A DNA stretch of 64,000 bases from Candidatus Latescibacterota bacterium (GCA_963662665.2 CAXXJS010000050.1:64001-128000); one strand, 5' to 3'; counted from the first letter of the stretch, positions 50,785-60,888 are shown. A program made the numbers and translations. Notes: generated by a model not told the origin, from the sequence alone.

Positions 50785-51175
50785 TTACCCTGAACGATAT
50801 TGCAATTTAAGTTGTGGTTGATTGAGTCCGAGCCCGACAGTGCCGGGCGCATTGAAGCGCTTGCCCGCGAATATATCGTCCACAGTGAGTATTTGCAGAA
50901 TCTGATATGCGGCTTGCCCGTTTTGAACGTCTCCCGCGTGTGCCGTTTCCCGCCTGAAGTTGTGTTCCTTTCGGTCGCCGAGGCGCTCCAGAACGATTCG
51001 CCCGCCCACCATGCCCAAGTAATTTACTAAAATGCTGCGCAACCCCCGCAAGTCGCAAATACCGACATTCTTACCCCCTTGACTTCTATGGCTATGCATT
51101 GCAGGTCCGGTTTCCTTGGACAGTCGAAATTCAGCCGGCCGTCGAAATGGTTGCCACTTTGATGACCATGACCGC
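50785..51175 (-). pseudogene. Remnant of an Mrr-like nuclease domain (C-terminus of a DNA methyltransferase fusion)
   Basis: FDGRLNF...IAIEVKG, then a frameshift at a G5 run, then GKNVGICDLR...LQILTVDDIFAGKRF; no 5' part. Confidence 0.6.
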
Positions 51176-51177
51176 CT

Positions 51178-52329
51178 TCACGGAAGCACGGGCAATTCGC
51201 CGGGGACGCCAACGGGTTCGTCGTCTCCAGGAATGTCCTGTTCCGTGTGCAGTTCGTTGTAGAGATTGTCTCGTTCCGCCGGCTCCCTTCCGGCTTCGAT
51301 AATGCGTTCCACCAGCTGTTTCCGGGCGAGGACCTGCCGGGTCTCCTCGTACGTGCGTCTCGTAATTTCGTATTCCTGGATGGTGCCGTCGATGTCATCC
51401 GCGCCGTACCATAGGGCGACCTGCGAGATTTCGATGGTGTTCATGATCCAGAAAGACTTGATGTGCGGAAAATTGTCCAGCATGAGTCGGGCGACGGCGA
51501 TTTCCCGCAGGTCTGCTTCGCCGGTGGGGGTGGGCAGGTCTTCCAGTTCGGTGCGTTCGGGGTGGAAGGAAAGCGGAATATATGCCAGAAAACCGCGGGT
51601 CTCGTCCTGGAGTTCCCGGAGGCTTACCAGATGCTGAACCCTTTCGTCCGGATTCTCTATGTGGCCGTAGAGCATCGTGGCGTTGGTGGGCAGGCCCACT
51701 TCGTGCGCGGTGCGGGCAACCCGCATCCATTCGTCGGAGTCGGCCTTGGTCCAGAACATCTCCGCCTGGACCCGGTCGCTGAAGACTTCGGCGCCACCGC
51801 CGGGGACCGACGACACGCCAGACGCCTTGAGTTCCAGCATGACGTCCCGGAGCGGTTTCTTTGCGGCTCTTGCGATCTGTACCCATTCGATCGCCGTAAA
51901 GGCCTTTACGGCGACGTCCGGGCGGACTTCCTTCACGGCGCGTACGATGTCGATGTAGTAGGAATAGGGCAGCTTCGGGTTGATTCCCGCCACCATGTGG
52001 ATTTCGGTGATGGGGATGTGCAGATATTGTCTTACCCTCTCCCGGACGTCTTCCGGGGAGAGGACATATCCCCGACGGTCTTTCGGCGGTACGTAAAAGG
52101 AGCAGAATCTGCAGAGTTTATTGCAGATGTTGGTGTAGTTGATGTGCTGGTTGCGCACGTACCAGGCCACGTTCCCGCATAGACGCTCGCGGACGATATT
52201 GGCCATGAACCCCACCGCGTTGAGATTCGACGTCTTGTAAAGCCGCATCCCGTCGTCGGCGGAGAGGCGTTCGCCGGCGACGACTTTCTCGTAGATGTCG
52301 TAGAGTTCGCGTGGAATCTTCGGTTTCAC
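51178..52329 (-). CDS. mqnE: Aminofutalosine synthase (radical SAM)
   Basis: HINYTNICNKLCRFCSF, NATMLYGHIE, HIKSFWIM, GADDIDGT. Confidence 0.92.
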   Translation of the reverse strand: MKPKIPRELYDIYEKVVAGERLSADDGMRLYKTSNLNAVGFMANIVRERLCGNVAWYVRNQHINYTNICNKLCRFCSFYVPPKDRRGYVLSPEDVRERVRQYLHIPITEIHMVAGINPKLPYSYYIDIVRAVKEVRPDVAVKAFTAIEWVQIARAAKKPLRDVMLELKASGVSSVPGGGAEVFSDRVQAEMFWTKADSDEWMRVARTAHEVGLPTNATMLYGHIENPDERVQHLVSLRELQDETRGFLAYIPLSFHPERTELEDLPTPTGEADLREIAVARLMLDNFPHIKSFWIMNTIEISQVALWYGADDIDGTIQEYEITRRTYEETRQVLARKQLVERIIEAGREPAERDNLYNELHTEQDIPGDDEPVGVPGELPVLP

Positions 52330-52393
52330 CGGGTACTCCTTCCAGTTGCGGCAATCGGGACGACCCGACAGGTACGGGTCCGCCGGCGGGCGT

Positions 52394-54094
52394 TCAGTTC
52401 TGGCTCAGCAGTTCGCGGGCGTGTTCCATGGTTACGGCCGATATTTTTTCTCCGCCCAGCAGCTTTGCAAGTTCCCGGGCGCGGTCTTCGTCGCCCAGGT
52501 GGTTCACCCGCGTTACGGTGCGGCCGTTCGATACGCCTTTGTGCACGGCCAGATGGGAGTCCGCCATTCTGGCGATCTGCGGCAGATGGGTAATGCAGAT
52601 GGTCTGGCGCGCACGTGACAGGCTCTTGAGTTTCCGTCCCACGACGTCGGCGATACGGCCGGATATGCCGATATCGATCTCGTCAAAGATGAGCACCTGA
52701 ACCGGATCGGATTGGGAGAGCACGGACTTGAGGGCAAGCATGATGCGTGACACTTCGCCGCCGGAAGCCACCTTGACCAGCGGCCTGAGGGCCTCGCCCG
52801 GGTTTGTGGAGATGTGGAATTCCACGCGCTCGATGCCCTTCGGGCCCGCTCGATACCGCCGCCCGTCCATGCTTATCCAACCGTCGGGCGACGCTTCCCG
52901 CACTAGCTCAACGTGAAATTCGGCCCTCGGAATCCCCAGGTCGCTCAGCGCCTCCGTCGTTTTGCGAGAGAGGTCGCGGGCGGCGGCTTCACGCGCTTTG
53001 GAAAGCCCGGCGCAGGCTTGCGTCAGTCCCTCGCGGGCCGAATCGATTTCCCCTTCCACCGCGGCCAGCGAACGGTCCAATCGCTTCGATTGCGCGAGTT
53101 CCTCTTCCGCGTTTTCGCGGAACTCAAGTACCGTCTCGAGGCTGTCGCCGTATTTCTTCTTCAGGTGCGCCAGGAGATCCAGACGTCCGGTGACTTCGGC
53201 AAGGCGTTCCGGGTTGTGTTCGACGCTGCGTGCATAGTCCGAAAAAAAACGGGCCAGTTCTTCAATCGCATAGCGTTGGGCGGCCAGTTCGTCGGCCCGG
53301 ATGCCTAGCGATTCGTCCATCTGTGCGGCGTCTTTCAGGAGATGCTCCGCGGCGCCAAGACGATCCACAATGGAGTCGTCCCCCTGGTAGAGCAACGTTT
53401 CCAGGTGCGTGGCGGTTTCGATAAGCCGCTCGGCATGCGTAAGCATAGACCTTTCCTGCAGGAGGCGCTCGTCCTCGTCCGGTTCCGGATCGGCCGAAGC
53501 GATTTCTTCCACCTGAAACTCGAGAAGCTCCCGCCGGTCCCGCATCCGTTGCGCCTCGGCGTCGGCGTTTCTCCGCTTCGCAAGGAGGTCGGACAGGCGC
53601 ATGTGCGCAATACCAACCGATTCCCGGAGTTCTCCGAGTCCGGCGAACCCGTCCAGAAAGTCGATATGCCGCTCTGTGTAGAGAAGAGACTGGTGATCGT
53701 GTTGTCCGTGAAGGTCAACCAGGGCTCTGGCCAGGTTGAGCAGGCTGCGCAGGGGTACGGCGAGGCCATTGACGAAACAGCGGCTTCGGCCATTCACAAC
53801 GACTTCCCGGCGGATAATGAGTTCGCCCTCATCGGCCTCGACGCCCATGGCGTCCAGGAGCGGCAGACACCGGTGATCGGGTTGCAACTGGAAAATGGCC
53901 TCGACAAGACACCGTTTTTCTCTGGTTCGTACCACTTCCGGGCTTGCCCGCATACCGAGAACCAGACCCAGGGCGCCAATGAGGATCGATTTGCCCGCGC
54001 CGGTCTCCCCGGTAATGATGTTCAATCCGGGCCCGAATTCGATTTCAACTCTGTCGATCAACGCGTAGTTGACGACCAGCAGTCGGCAGAGCAC
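52394..54094 (-). CDS. recN: DNA repair protein RecN
   Basis: TGETGAGKS, HGQHDHQ, ASGGEVSR, FDEID, ITHLPQIA. Confidence 0.96.
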   Translation of the reverse strand: MLCRLLVVNYALIDRVEIEFGPGLNIITGETGAGKSILIGALGLVLGMRASPEVVRTREKRCLVEAIFQLQPDHRCLPLLDAMGVEADEGELIIRREVVVNGRSRCFVNGLAVPLRSLLNLARALVDLHGQHDHQSLLYTERHIDFLDGFAGLGELRESVGIAHMRLSDLLAKRRNADAEAQRMRDRRELLEFQVEEIASADPEPDEDERLLQERSMLTHAERLIETATHLETLLYQGDDSIVDRLGAAEHLLKDAAQMDESLGIRADELAAQRYAIEELARFFSDYARSVEHNPERLAEVTGRLDLLAHLKKKYGDSLETVLEFRENAEEELAQSKRLDRSLAAVEGEIDSAREGLTQACAGLSKAREAAARDLSRKTTEALSDLGIPRAEFHVELVREASPDGWISMDGRRYRAGPKGIERVEFHISTNPGEALRPLVKVASGGEVSRIMLALKSVLSQSDPVQVLIFDEIDIGISGRIADVVGRKLKSLSRARQTICITHLPQIARMADSHLAVHKGVSNGRTVTRVNHLGDEDRARELAKLLGGEKISAVTMEHARELLSQN

Positions 54095-54096
54095 GG

Positions 54097-54963
54097 TCAG
54101 GACTCCTGAGGTTCGCGCCGATCCAGGCTCCAATCCAGTTTGCGCCTGAGCAACTGATAGAAAGATAGCCCCTGGAGATTGATCAGACGGGTGGTATGAG
54201 CGGCCTGTCGGATGTGAACGCGTTCTTCGGGCTGTATGGGTGAGACGATCTGTCCGTCGGCGGTTACCATGAAATCGCTGTGTTCGGCGATCACCTGGAC
54301 GGTGATCGATTGATTTCCCGGGATCACCGCGGGACGCAGCGAGAGCGAATGCGCGCAGATAGGTGTGACAATGAATGCCCGCAGGTCGGGATGGAGGATG
54401 GGACCTCCCGCGGAGAGGCTGTAGCTGGTCGATCCGGTTGGGGTGGATACAATAATGCCGTTCCCGAAAAAGGAACTGAACGGTGTGTCGGAAATCCAGG
54501 ACTTCACCTGTACGAGGCGGGCGAGTACCCTTTTTTCAATGACGAATTCATTGAGCGCGAAGAAGGTCCTGTTTCCAATTTCCGCTTCCAGTGCCATGCG
54601 TTCTTCAAGCTGATACTCGCCCCGCTTCAACCGGCCCAGACTCTCGCGCAACTCTTCGGGCGCGGCCCCCGCCAGAAATCCCAGGCGACCGAGATTGACG
54701 CCCAGAATGGGTTTTTGCGTGGTTTCGACCAGTCTGGCCGCCCTGAGAATGGTGCCGTCCCCACCCAGTGCAACCACTATATCCGAAAAGCGAGCGAGGT
54801 CGGCGGTCGGGCGAAAGGTGACCCGGTTGAACGCGCAGATTTTTCTTAACGGTTCCTCCAGAATGAGTTCGATGCCCTGATCGTGCGCGAGATTCACGAA
54901 ATTCTGGATGATGGGACCGATGCCGTCCCGTTCTACATATGCAAGAATGCCAATGCGTTTCAT
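54097..54963 (-). CDS. nadK: NAD kinase
   Basis: GGDGTIL, GRLGFL, ALNE, TPTGSTSYSLSAGGP. Confidence 0.95.
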   Translation of the reverse strand: MKRIGILAYVERDGIGPIIQNFVNLAHDQGIELILEEPLRKICAFNRVTFRPTADLARFSDIVVALGGDGTILRAARLVETTQKPILGVNLGRLGFLAGAAPEELRESLGRLKRGEYQLEERMALEAEIGNRTFFALNEFVIEKRVLARLVQVKSWISDTPFSSFFGNGIIVSTPTGSTSYSLSAGGPILHPDLRAFIVTPICAHSLSLRPAVIPGNQSITVQVIAEHSDFMVTADGQIVSPIQPEERVHIRQAAHTTRLINLQGLSFYQLLRRKLDWSLDRREPQES

Positions 54964-55043
54964 AGGGTCCGGATGCCAGTGGGGGATGTATTCTGATTCA
55001 ACTGTATAAATGTACCCTGAATACCCGGATCTCGCAACCGTCG

Positions 55044-55292
55044 TTACTCTGCCGGTTGTTCCTCACCGGCATCCAGGTCGGTGAGCCTGAAGTCGTTTCC
55101 GCTCTCGGCGGCGAGAACTTCGACGCGCTGCTTCGCCTCTTCCAGCCGGGCGCGACAAAGGTTTGACGCTCTCAGTCCCTCTTCGAAGAGACGGAGCGCT
55201 TCCGCCAGGGGCAGGTTTCCGGATTCCAGGATCTCAACCGCGGACTCCAGTTGCTTGAGTGCATCTTCGAACGTGGGTTTACCTTCAGCCAT
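55044..55292 (-). CDS. xseB: Exodeoxyribonuclease VII small subunit
   Basis: TFEDALKQLE..VEILESGNLPL..AL.LFEEG. Confidence 0.93.
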   Translation of the reverse strand: MAEGKPTFEDALKQLESAVEILESGNLPLAEALRLFEEGLRASNLCRARLEEAKQRVEVLAAESGNDFRLTDLDAGEEQPAE

Positions 55293-55330
55293 TTGACTCC
55301 TCAGAGGGTGAACGGACAAAAAACCCCTCG

Positions 55331-56542
55331 TCAACGATCTGCCGGGCTCCTGTCCCGAATACCGTCGACCGTGCAGGTTATTTCGCCTTCCGACAGGCGC
55401 ACGCGGACCCGATCGTCTTCGGCAAGTGACCCGGCGCGGGTGACCAGTTCATTGTTGTCGGCCCGGTGCGTGAGGCTGTATCCGCGGCTCAGTACGGAGA
55501 GCGGGCTTAGCGCCCCGAGTTCGCCGGTGTGCCGGCGGTACGATTCCAGGCGCCCTTCGAAAACGCGCCGGACGCTGTTCTGGAGACCCTTCTGAAGGTC
55601 GTCGACGGCCTGGATGCTCTGGAGGATGTTGTCTTCCACCTTTCGCAATCCATAGCGCCCCAGGTAGCCGTCGAGAAGACTTTCATTTTCTTTCAGATAA
55701 CGGTTCAGGGCGCCGTACGAACGCCTGACGAGATTTTGCATCCGGGCGCGCAACTCAACCGCGTCGCGAACGGCCAGTTCGGCCGCCGCGGATGGCGTAG
55801 GTGCCCTGCAATCGGCGGCCAGGTCGGCCAGGGTGACGTCGATTTCGTGGCCGACCGCGGAAATCACGGGGATGTTGGAGCCGCAGATGGCCCGAACGAC
55901 GATTTCGGTGTTGAAGGCTGCCAGGTCTTCGGCGGAACCCCCGCCGCGACCCACAATCAGTACGTCGGCCTTTCCGCAGGCGTTCTGTTCATTTATGGCC
56001 AGCGCGATATCTTCGGGGGCGCCAACGCCCTGAACCAGCGCCGGCCGAAGGACGATTCCAACTCCGGAGAAACGCCGCGCCATGACGTTAAGTATGTCTC
56101 GAATCGCTGCGCCCGTGCGCGAGGTGACCACGCCTACCGTGAGGGGGAACGCCGGCAGCGGGCGTTTCCGCGCCTGATCGAACAGACCCTCCTCCTGAAG
56201 CTTGAGTTTCAGCGCTTCCAGGGCGAGTTGCTGCTGACCGCTGCCCGCCGGGAAAAGCCGTGTGACGTTCAACTGGTACTCGCCGTTGCGTTCGTAGACC
56301 GTAATTCGTCCCCGGGCGAGTACCTTGACCCCGGATTCGGGCCTGAAGGCCGGCGCGGCGGACCGCCACATGATACAGCGAAGCTGACAGGTCTTGTCTG
56401 CCAGGGTGAAATACCGATGGCCGGAGGCAGCCTGATTATACTGCGATATCTCGCCGACGATCCAGAGGACGGGGAATTCTGCTTCAAGGTTCTGCCGGAT
56501 TGCCTGCGTTATCTCTGTAACTGTAAAGGGCCGTTCCGCCAC
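55331..56542 (-). CDS. xseA: Exodeoxyribonuclease VII large subunit
   Basis: SGHRYFTL, GRGGGSAEDL, SAVGHEID, APTPSAAAE. Confidence 0.95.
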   Translation of the reverse strand: MAERPFTVTEITQAIRQNLEAEFPVLWIVGEISQYNQAASGHRYFTLADKTCQLRCIMWRSAAPAFRPESGVKVLARGRITVYERNGEYQLNVTRLFPAGSGQQQLALEALKLKLQEEGLFDQARKRPLPAFPLTVGVVTSRTGAAIRDILNVMARRFSGVGIVLRPALVQGVGAPEDIALAINEQNACGKADVLIVGRGGGSAEDLAAFNTEIVVRAICGSNIPVISAVGHEIDVTLADLAADCRAPTPSAAAELAVRDAVELRARMQNLVRRSYGALNRYLKENESLLDGYLGRYGLRKVEDNILQSIQAVDDLQKGLQNSVRRVFEGRLESYRRHTGELGALSPLSVLSRGYSLTHRADNNELVTRAGSLAEDDRVRVRLSEGEITCTVDGIRDRSPADR

Positions 56543-56544
56543 GC

Positions 56545-57333
56545 TCAAGGCTCCTGCCAGTCGATTCGCAGCCGTTCGATGCGGGTCGCTTTTCCGGTTT
56601 CGTCTTCCACTTCCACGATGACGCCGCAAAGCTTGATGTCGTTTTCAGCCGGTTCAAACCGGACGGGAGTACGGTCCAGAAACCGATGGATCACGGCTTC
56701 CTTCCGGGCGCCGATGACGGAGTCGTGGGGGCCGGTCATGCCGGCATCCGACACGAAGGCGGTACCGCCCGGCAGAATGCGCTCATCCGCGGTCTGTACG
56801 TGCGTGTGCGTACCCAGGACGGCGCTGGCGCGGCCGTCCATGAACCATCCGTACGCGATCTTTTCGGAACTTGCTTCCGCGTGAAAGTCGATGACGATCA
56901 CCGGGGTCTGCCGGCGGAGGCGGTCCACAATATCTCTACCGATGCGGAACGGACAGTCCAGGTCGAGCATGTGCACGCGGCCCTGTATGCAGACAACACC
57001 GATCGGGATGCCCGATGAGGCGGCGAAAACGCCGTAGCCAACGCCGCCGACGCTTTCCGGGAAATTCGCCGGACGCAATACCCTTTCGGCGCCCAGTATA
57101 AACGGGATGGCGTCCTTTCGGTCCCAGACGTGGTTTCCCGTGGTGACGACATCGGCCCCGTAGGCGAAGAGCTTCTTCGCGATATTTTCGGTGATACCGA
57201 AGCCCCCGGCGGCATTTTCTCCATTGGCTATACAGAAATCGATCCCGTAGCTCTCCCTGAGTCGCGGTATCAGATCCGCCGCCGCTTTTCTGCCCGGCCT
57301 GCCGTATATATCGCCGACAAACAAGATATTCAA
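56545..57333 (-). CDS. ymdB: YmdB-like metallophosphoesterase
   Basis: GDIYG, NGENAAGG, GNHVWD, DFHAEA, GTHTHV. Confidence 0.93.
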   Translation of the reverse strand: MNILFVGDIYGRPGRKAAADLIPRLRESYGIDFCIANGENAAGGFGITENIAKKLFAYGADVVTTGNHVWDRKDAIPFILGAERVLRPANFPESVGGVGYGVFAASSGIPIGVVCIQGRVHMLDLDCPFRIGRDIVDRLRRQTPVIVIDFHAEASSEKIAYGWFMDGRASAVLGTHTHVQTADERILPGGTAFVSDAGMTGPHDSVIGARKEAVIHRFLDRTPVRFEPAENDIKLCGVIVEVEDETGKATRIERLRIDWQEP

Positions 57334-57500
57334 ATGGACACCTGTGAAAAACAGTCAGTGAATGACAGCGCGAACCCTGCGGGAAGGCGGATTTCTCGTC
57401 TCGTGGAAATTATGGCCGGAAACGGACAGCAGGAAAACCGGGCGCCAGGAATGCGGTTGCGGCGGTACGCAGGGAAGCGCCCGGAATCGAGGGGCGCGCG

Positions 57501-59087
57501 TCATCGCGCAAAATCCACCGAGCGCGTTTCTCTGATTACGGTAACCTTTACGGGCCCCGGGCATGTGGCGTCTTCGGTGAGCCGCGAGACGATCTGCGTG
57601 GCCAGCCGTTCGGTGTCCGCGTCGCTCATCATATCGGAGTCCGCAACCACGCGGACTTCCTGTCCGGCCTTGATGGCGAAGACCGATTCCACGCCCTGTA
57701 CCATCTTGGCGATGGACTCCAGTCGTTCCAGCCGTCTTACGTAATTCTCGATCTGTTCCCGCTGCGCGCCCGGCCGCGACCGGGATATGGAGTCGGCTGC
57801 GTCGACCAGCACGGCAACGGGCGAAATCGGATCCGAGTCTCCGTGATGGGACTCGATGGCGTTGATCACAACTGCGTCTTCACCATATTTGCGCGCAAGG
57901 TCAGCGCCATTCTCTCCGTACGTGCCCTCGGATTCGTGCGCCAGGCCCTTGCCAATGTCGTGAAGCAGACCCGCGCGTTTGGCAAACTGGGCGTCGAGAC
58001 CCAGCGACGTGGCCATCATGCCCGCAAGAAACGCCACTTCCTTACTGTGATTCAGCAGATTCTGACCGTAGCTCGTACGGTATTTAAGGCGTCCCAGGCA
58101 GGCAATGAGGCGATCGTGCAGGCCCGGCACGCCAACATCGAACGCCGCCTGAACGCCGGCGTCGTGCATGACCTCGCGAATCGACTCTCTCGACTTCTGC
58201 ACGATTTCTTCGATCCGGCCCGGGTGTATGCGTCCATCCAGAATCAGTTGTTCCATGGCAATCTGGGCAGTCGCCCTGCGTATGGGGTCGAATCCCGACA
58301 GGATCACGGCTTCCGGCGTGTCGTCGATCGTGACATCCACGCCCGTAGCCATCTCAAAGGCGCGGATGTTCCGCCCCTCGCGTCCGATGATCCGCCCCTT
58401 CATCTCGTCGGAAGGCAGGCGAACTACCGCAACGGTGGATTCGATCGTATGGTCTGCGGCCAATCTTTGAATTGCCGCGGCTATAATTTCCCGTGCTTCA
58501 TCGTTGGCGCGGACGAGCGCGTCGTCGCGGATTTCCTTTAGCCGCCACTCCGCATCGCGTTCAGCCTCGTCTTCCATGTTGGCCATCAGAACACGTTTTG
58601 CCTCTTCCTTTGTGAGCCCTGCGATCTGTTCCAGGCGCTTGTTCTGTCTCAGCCGGCTCTGTTCCAGCTCCCGTTCCCGGTCGGCCAGTTGCGCCTCCAG
58701 CAACCGGAGTTGCTCGTCTTTCCCGGTAGCCAGCTTTTCCTTATCGTTCAACAGATCCGCGCGTTTGTCGAGCTGCCGCCTCAGGCTGCTCAGCTTCATC
58801 TCTTCCCGGGCGGTTCGTTCGCGCTTTTCTTCCAGTTCCTGTTCAAACCGGAGCCGTTCCTGCTGTATCCTGTCTTTGGCTTCCAGGACCGCCGTCCGCT
58901 TCATTGCGTCCGCTTCGGTCTGGGCATCTTCAAGGATCTTTTCCGCGGAGAGTTCGGCGCGATGGATCTTGCTGTGCGCGATCTTGCCGCTGATAAGCCA
59001 TCCCAGGAGATAACCCAGTATAAGCAGGCCGGCCGACAGCATCGTCACCGTCACGACTTCCAGGGTCGTATCTATCGGCAGGTTCAT
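57501..59087 (-). CDS. rny: Ribonuclease Y
   Basis: N-terminal TM, coiled coil, KH (KGRIIGREGRNIR) and HD (LLHDIGK) domains. Confidence 0.96.
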   Translation of the reverse strand: MNLPIDTTLEVVTVTMLSAGLLILGYLLGWLISGKIAHSKIHRAELSAEKILEDAQTEADAMKRTAVLEAKDRIQQERLRFEQELEEKRERTAREEMKLSSLRRQLDKRADLLNDKEKLATGKDEQLRLLEAQLADRERELEQSRLRQNKRLEQIAGLTKEEAKRVLMANMEDEAERDAEWRLKEIRDDALVRANDEAREIIAAAIQRLAADHTIESTVAVVRLPSDEMKGRIIGREGRNIRAFEMATGVDVTIDDTPEAVILSGFDPIRRATAQIAMEQLILDGRIHPGRIEEIVQKSRESIREVMHDAGVQAAFDVGVPGLHDRLIACLGRLKYRTSYGQNLLNHSKEVAFLAGMMATSLGLDAQFAKRAGLLHDIGKGLAHESEGTYGENGADLARKYGEDAVVINAIESHHGDSDPISPVAVLVDAADSISRSRPGAQREQIENYVRRLERLESIAKMVQGVESVFAIKAGQEVRVVADSDMMSDADTERLATQIVSRLTEDATCPGPVKVTVIRETRSVDFAR

Positions 59088-59119
59088 TCTGGTCTCTCCG
59101 TCCTGTTAAATCCATGCAC

Positions 59120-59260
59120 AAAAAAACCCGCTTGCATCATCCGGTTCCGTACATCCCGTCCGGTTTACAATGTTCGTTCCGGATGGTTACAGATGAACGC
59201 AGCAGGCAGCACCGGAATTGTCGATCCGGCAGGCGCGCCGGGAATCGCTGGCGCGCCCTC
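59120..59260 (-). ncRNA. Structured RNA at the usual 6S RNA position (short candidate)
   Basis: ~80-nt bulged hairpin (59127-59206) with U7 tail, plus two upstream hairpins, between zapA and rny. Confidence 0.35.
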
Positions 59261-59277
59261 ACTGTTTGAGGTTGTCT

Positions 59278-59562
59278 TTACGCAATCCGGTTTGTGAAAG
59301 ACGCCAGATTGTGGGTGTGTTCCGTCAGGGTGTCTCCCAACTTCCGACTGGCTTCTTCCTCTTTGTGCAGTTCGTGGGCAAGATTGACGGCCGCAACGAC
59401 TGCAACTTTGGCAACCGAACGAAGCGAAATGCAGTTCGCCACGTCACGCATTTTCCGGTCGACGTACCGTGCCGCGGCCCGGGCATGATCCGGGTCGCCT
59501 TCCGCGTAGATGCTGTATTCGGTGCCGAAGATCTGGACGCGTATTACCGGTTGGTCAGACAT
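59278..59562 (-). CDS. zapA: Cell division protein ZapA
   Basis: VQIFGTEYSI, AARYVDRKM, AVVAAVNLAHEL. Confidence 0.9.
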   Translation of the reverse strand: MSDQPVIRVQIFGTEYSIYAEGDPDHARAAARYVDRKMRDVANCISLRSVAKVAVVAAVNLAHELHKEEEASRKLGDTLTEHTHNLASFTNRIA

Positions 59563-59644
59563 GAAACCTCGGGTCATCCGGAGGCAATGTGAAACTCTGT
59601 CAACGGACTGCCAGGGTTCGGTGTGGTAATTCGGCAGCGCTGTT

Positions 59645-60196
59645 TTACGCTGTATTGATTGAATCCAGACGCGTAATCATGGTTTCGATTTTGCGTTGGA
59701 TTTCCTCCTTGTTCTCAATAAGGGAAGCATTATTGTCGTAAATGGACCGGAGGCGTTCCCTATCGGCCCGCAATCCGGAAATGACCTGGTCCTGGTTTCC
59801 CAGCCGTTCCTCTTGTTCCCTGTTGCTCTGCTGGAGGTCTGTGATTTCCTGCCGTAACTGCTGTATCATATCCACGGCACGATCGATTTCACCAATAAGC
59901 AGATCCAGCTGTTCTGAAACTCGATTTTCCGACTCCAGTGGATCCTCTTCCGGGTCTTCGGTTACGGGCTGTCCGTCTGCCTCGGCGGGGGTTTCTTCCG
60001 CATCGTGCGACGCGGGCGGTTCGTTTGCGGGTTCGACGGTTCCGAATGGTTGTTCTTGCGTGTCTTGAAGATCGAGTTGCGCGTCTTCCGGATCGTCCGG
60101 TTTCACCTGTTCGTCGGTCGGATGGACGGGTTCGAACGGCTCGTTGTCTAAAATCCCGGAATCCAGCTGTTCATTTACCCGGTCTTGCGCTTCCAT
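59645..60196 (-). CDS. ZapB-like coiled-coil protein with acidic N-terminal extension
   Basis: C-terminal heptads ending KIETMITRLD; directly upstream of zapA. Confidence 0.65.
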   Translation of the reverse strand: MEAQDRVNEQLDSGILDNEPFEPVHPTDEQVKPDDPEDAQLDLQDTQEQPFGTVEPANEPPASHDAEETPAEADGQPVTEDPEEDPLESENRVSEQLDLLIGEIDRAVDMIQQLRQEITDLQQSNREQEERLGNQDQVISGLRADRERLRSIYDNNASLIENKEEIQRKIETMITRLDSINTA

Positions 60197-60285
60197 GTAG
60201 TCACCCTTTCATCGCTGACGGTAATTCCCGATGCGTTTTTTTCGTTGAGGGAACACAAGTACGCTTGCATAATACCACACTACGC

Positions 60286-60314
60286 AATGTAATACCTACA
60301 TGGCCTGAAGTCAA
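60286..60314 (-). promoter_or_regulatory. Promoter for the zapB-like/zapA genes
   Basis: TTGACT-17-TACATT on the minus strand. Confidence 0.55.
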
Positions 60315-60407
60315 GGGTGGGTTACCTGAAGCAGGGGGGAGGGTAATCGGAATCGGAACCGGCGCAAGGAGACGCTTTTCCGACGAATTCCGTGTCCTGA
60401 AGGCCAT

Positions 60408-60761
60408 TTACAGGTGTTGTCGGGCCTGGTCCGTCAGCGCTGTGAAGGCCGCTGCATCCGTGACGGCGAGGTTGGCCAGAACTTTCCTGTCAACCGAAAT
60501 ATCGGCCTTTTTCAGGCCATTGATCAGGCTGCTGTAGGACAGTCCGTTAAGCCGGGCGGCGGCGTTGATTCGAACGATCCACAGGGCGCGGAAATTTCTC
60601 TTCTTCTGACGACGGTCCCTGTATGCATAGGAAAGCGCCCGGTTTACGGCGTCGTCTGCGGTGCGGTACAGCTTGCTGCGCCCGCCCCTGTAACCGCGCG
60701 CGGCTTTCAGTACTTTTTTCCGCCTGCGCCGCGAAGCGACGCTATTTGTCGATCTGGACAT
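60408..60761 (-). CDS. rplT: 50S ribosomal protein L20
   Basis: [32 protein letters not shown]. Confidence 0.97.
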   Translation of the reverse strand: MSRSTNSVASRRRRKKVLKAARGYRGGRSKLYRTADDAVNRALSYAYRDRRQKKRNFRALWIVRINAAARLNGLSYSSLINGLKKADISVDRKVLANLAVTDAAAFTALTDQARQHL

Positions 60762-60888
60762 GTCGATGGTCTCCTGGTAGCGTCAGGCCGTGTTGCGTGC
60801 CGTCGTTGCCGCCCGCCAGCGCCCTCTATTGAAAATCCGACTTACTCTGAATGGAAAGGAATTTTCAAATTGAAATCGCAATGGTCCG

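Larger units (their letters stand above)
44514..51177. mobile_element. Genomic island inserted between mqnE and mqnC
   Basis: Visibly more AT-rich, with defence-like genes, interrupting mqnE-mqnC-mqnA; no integrase; borders approximate. Confidence 0.75.
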
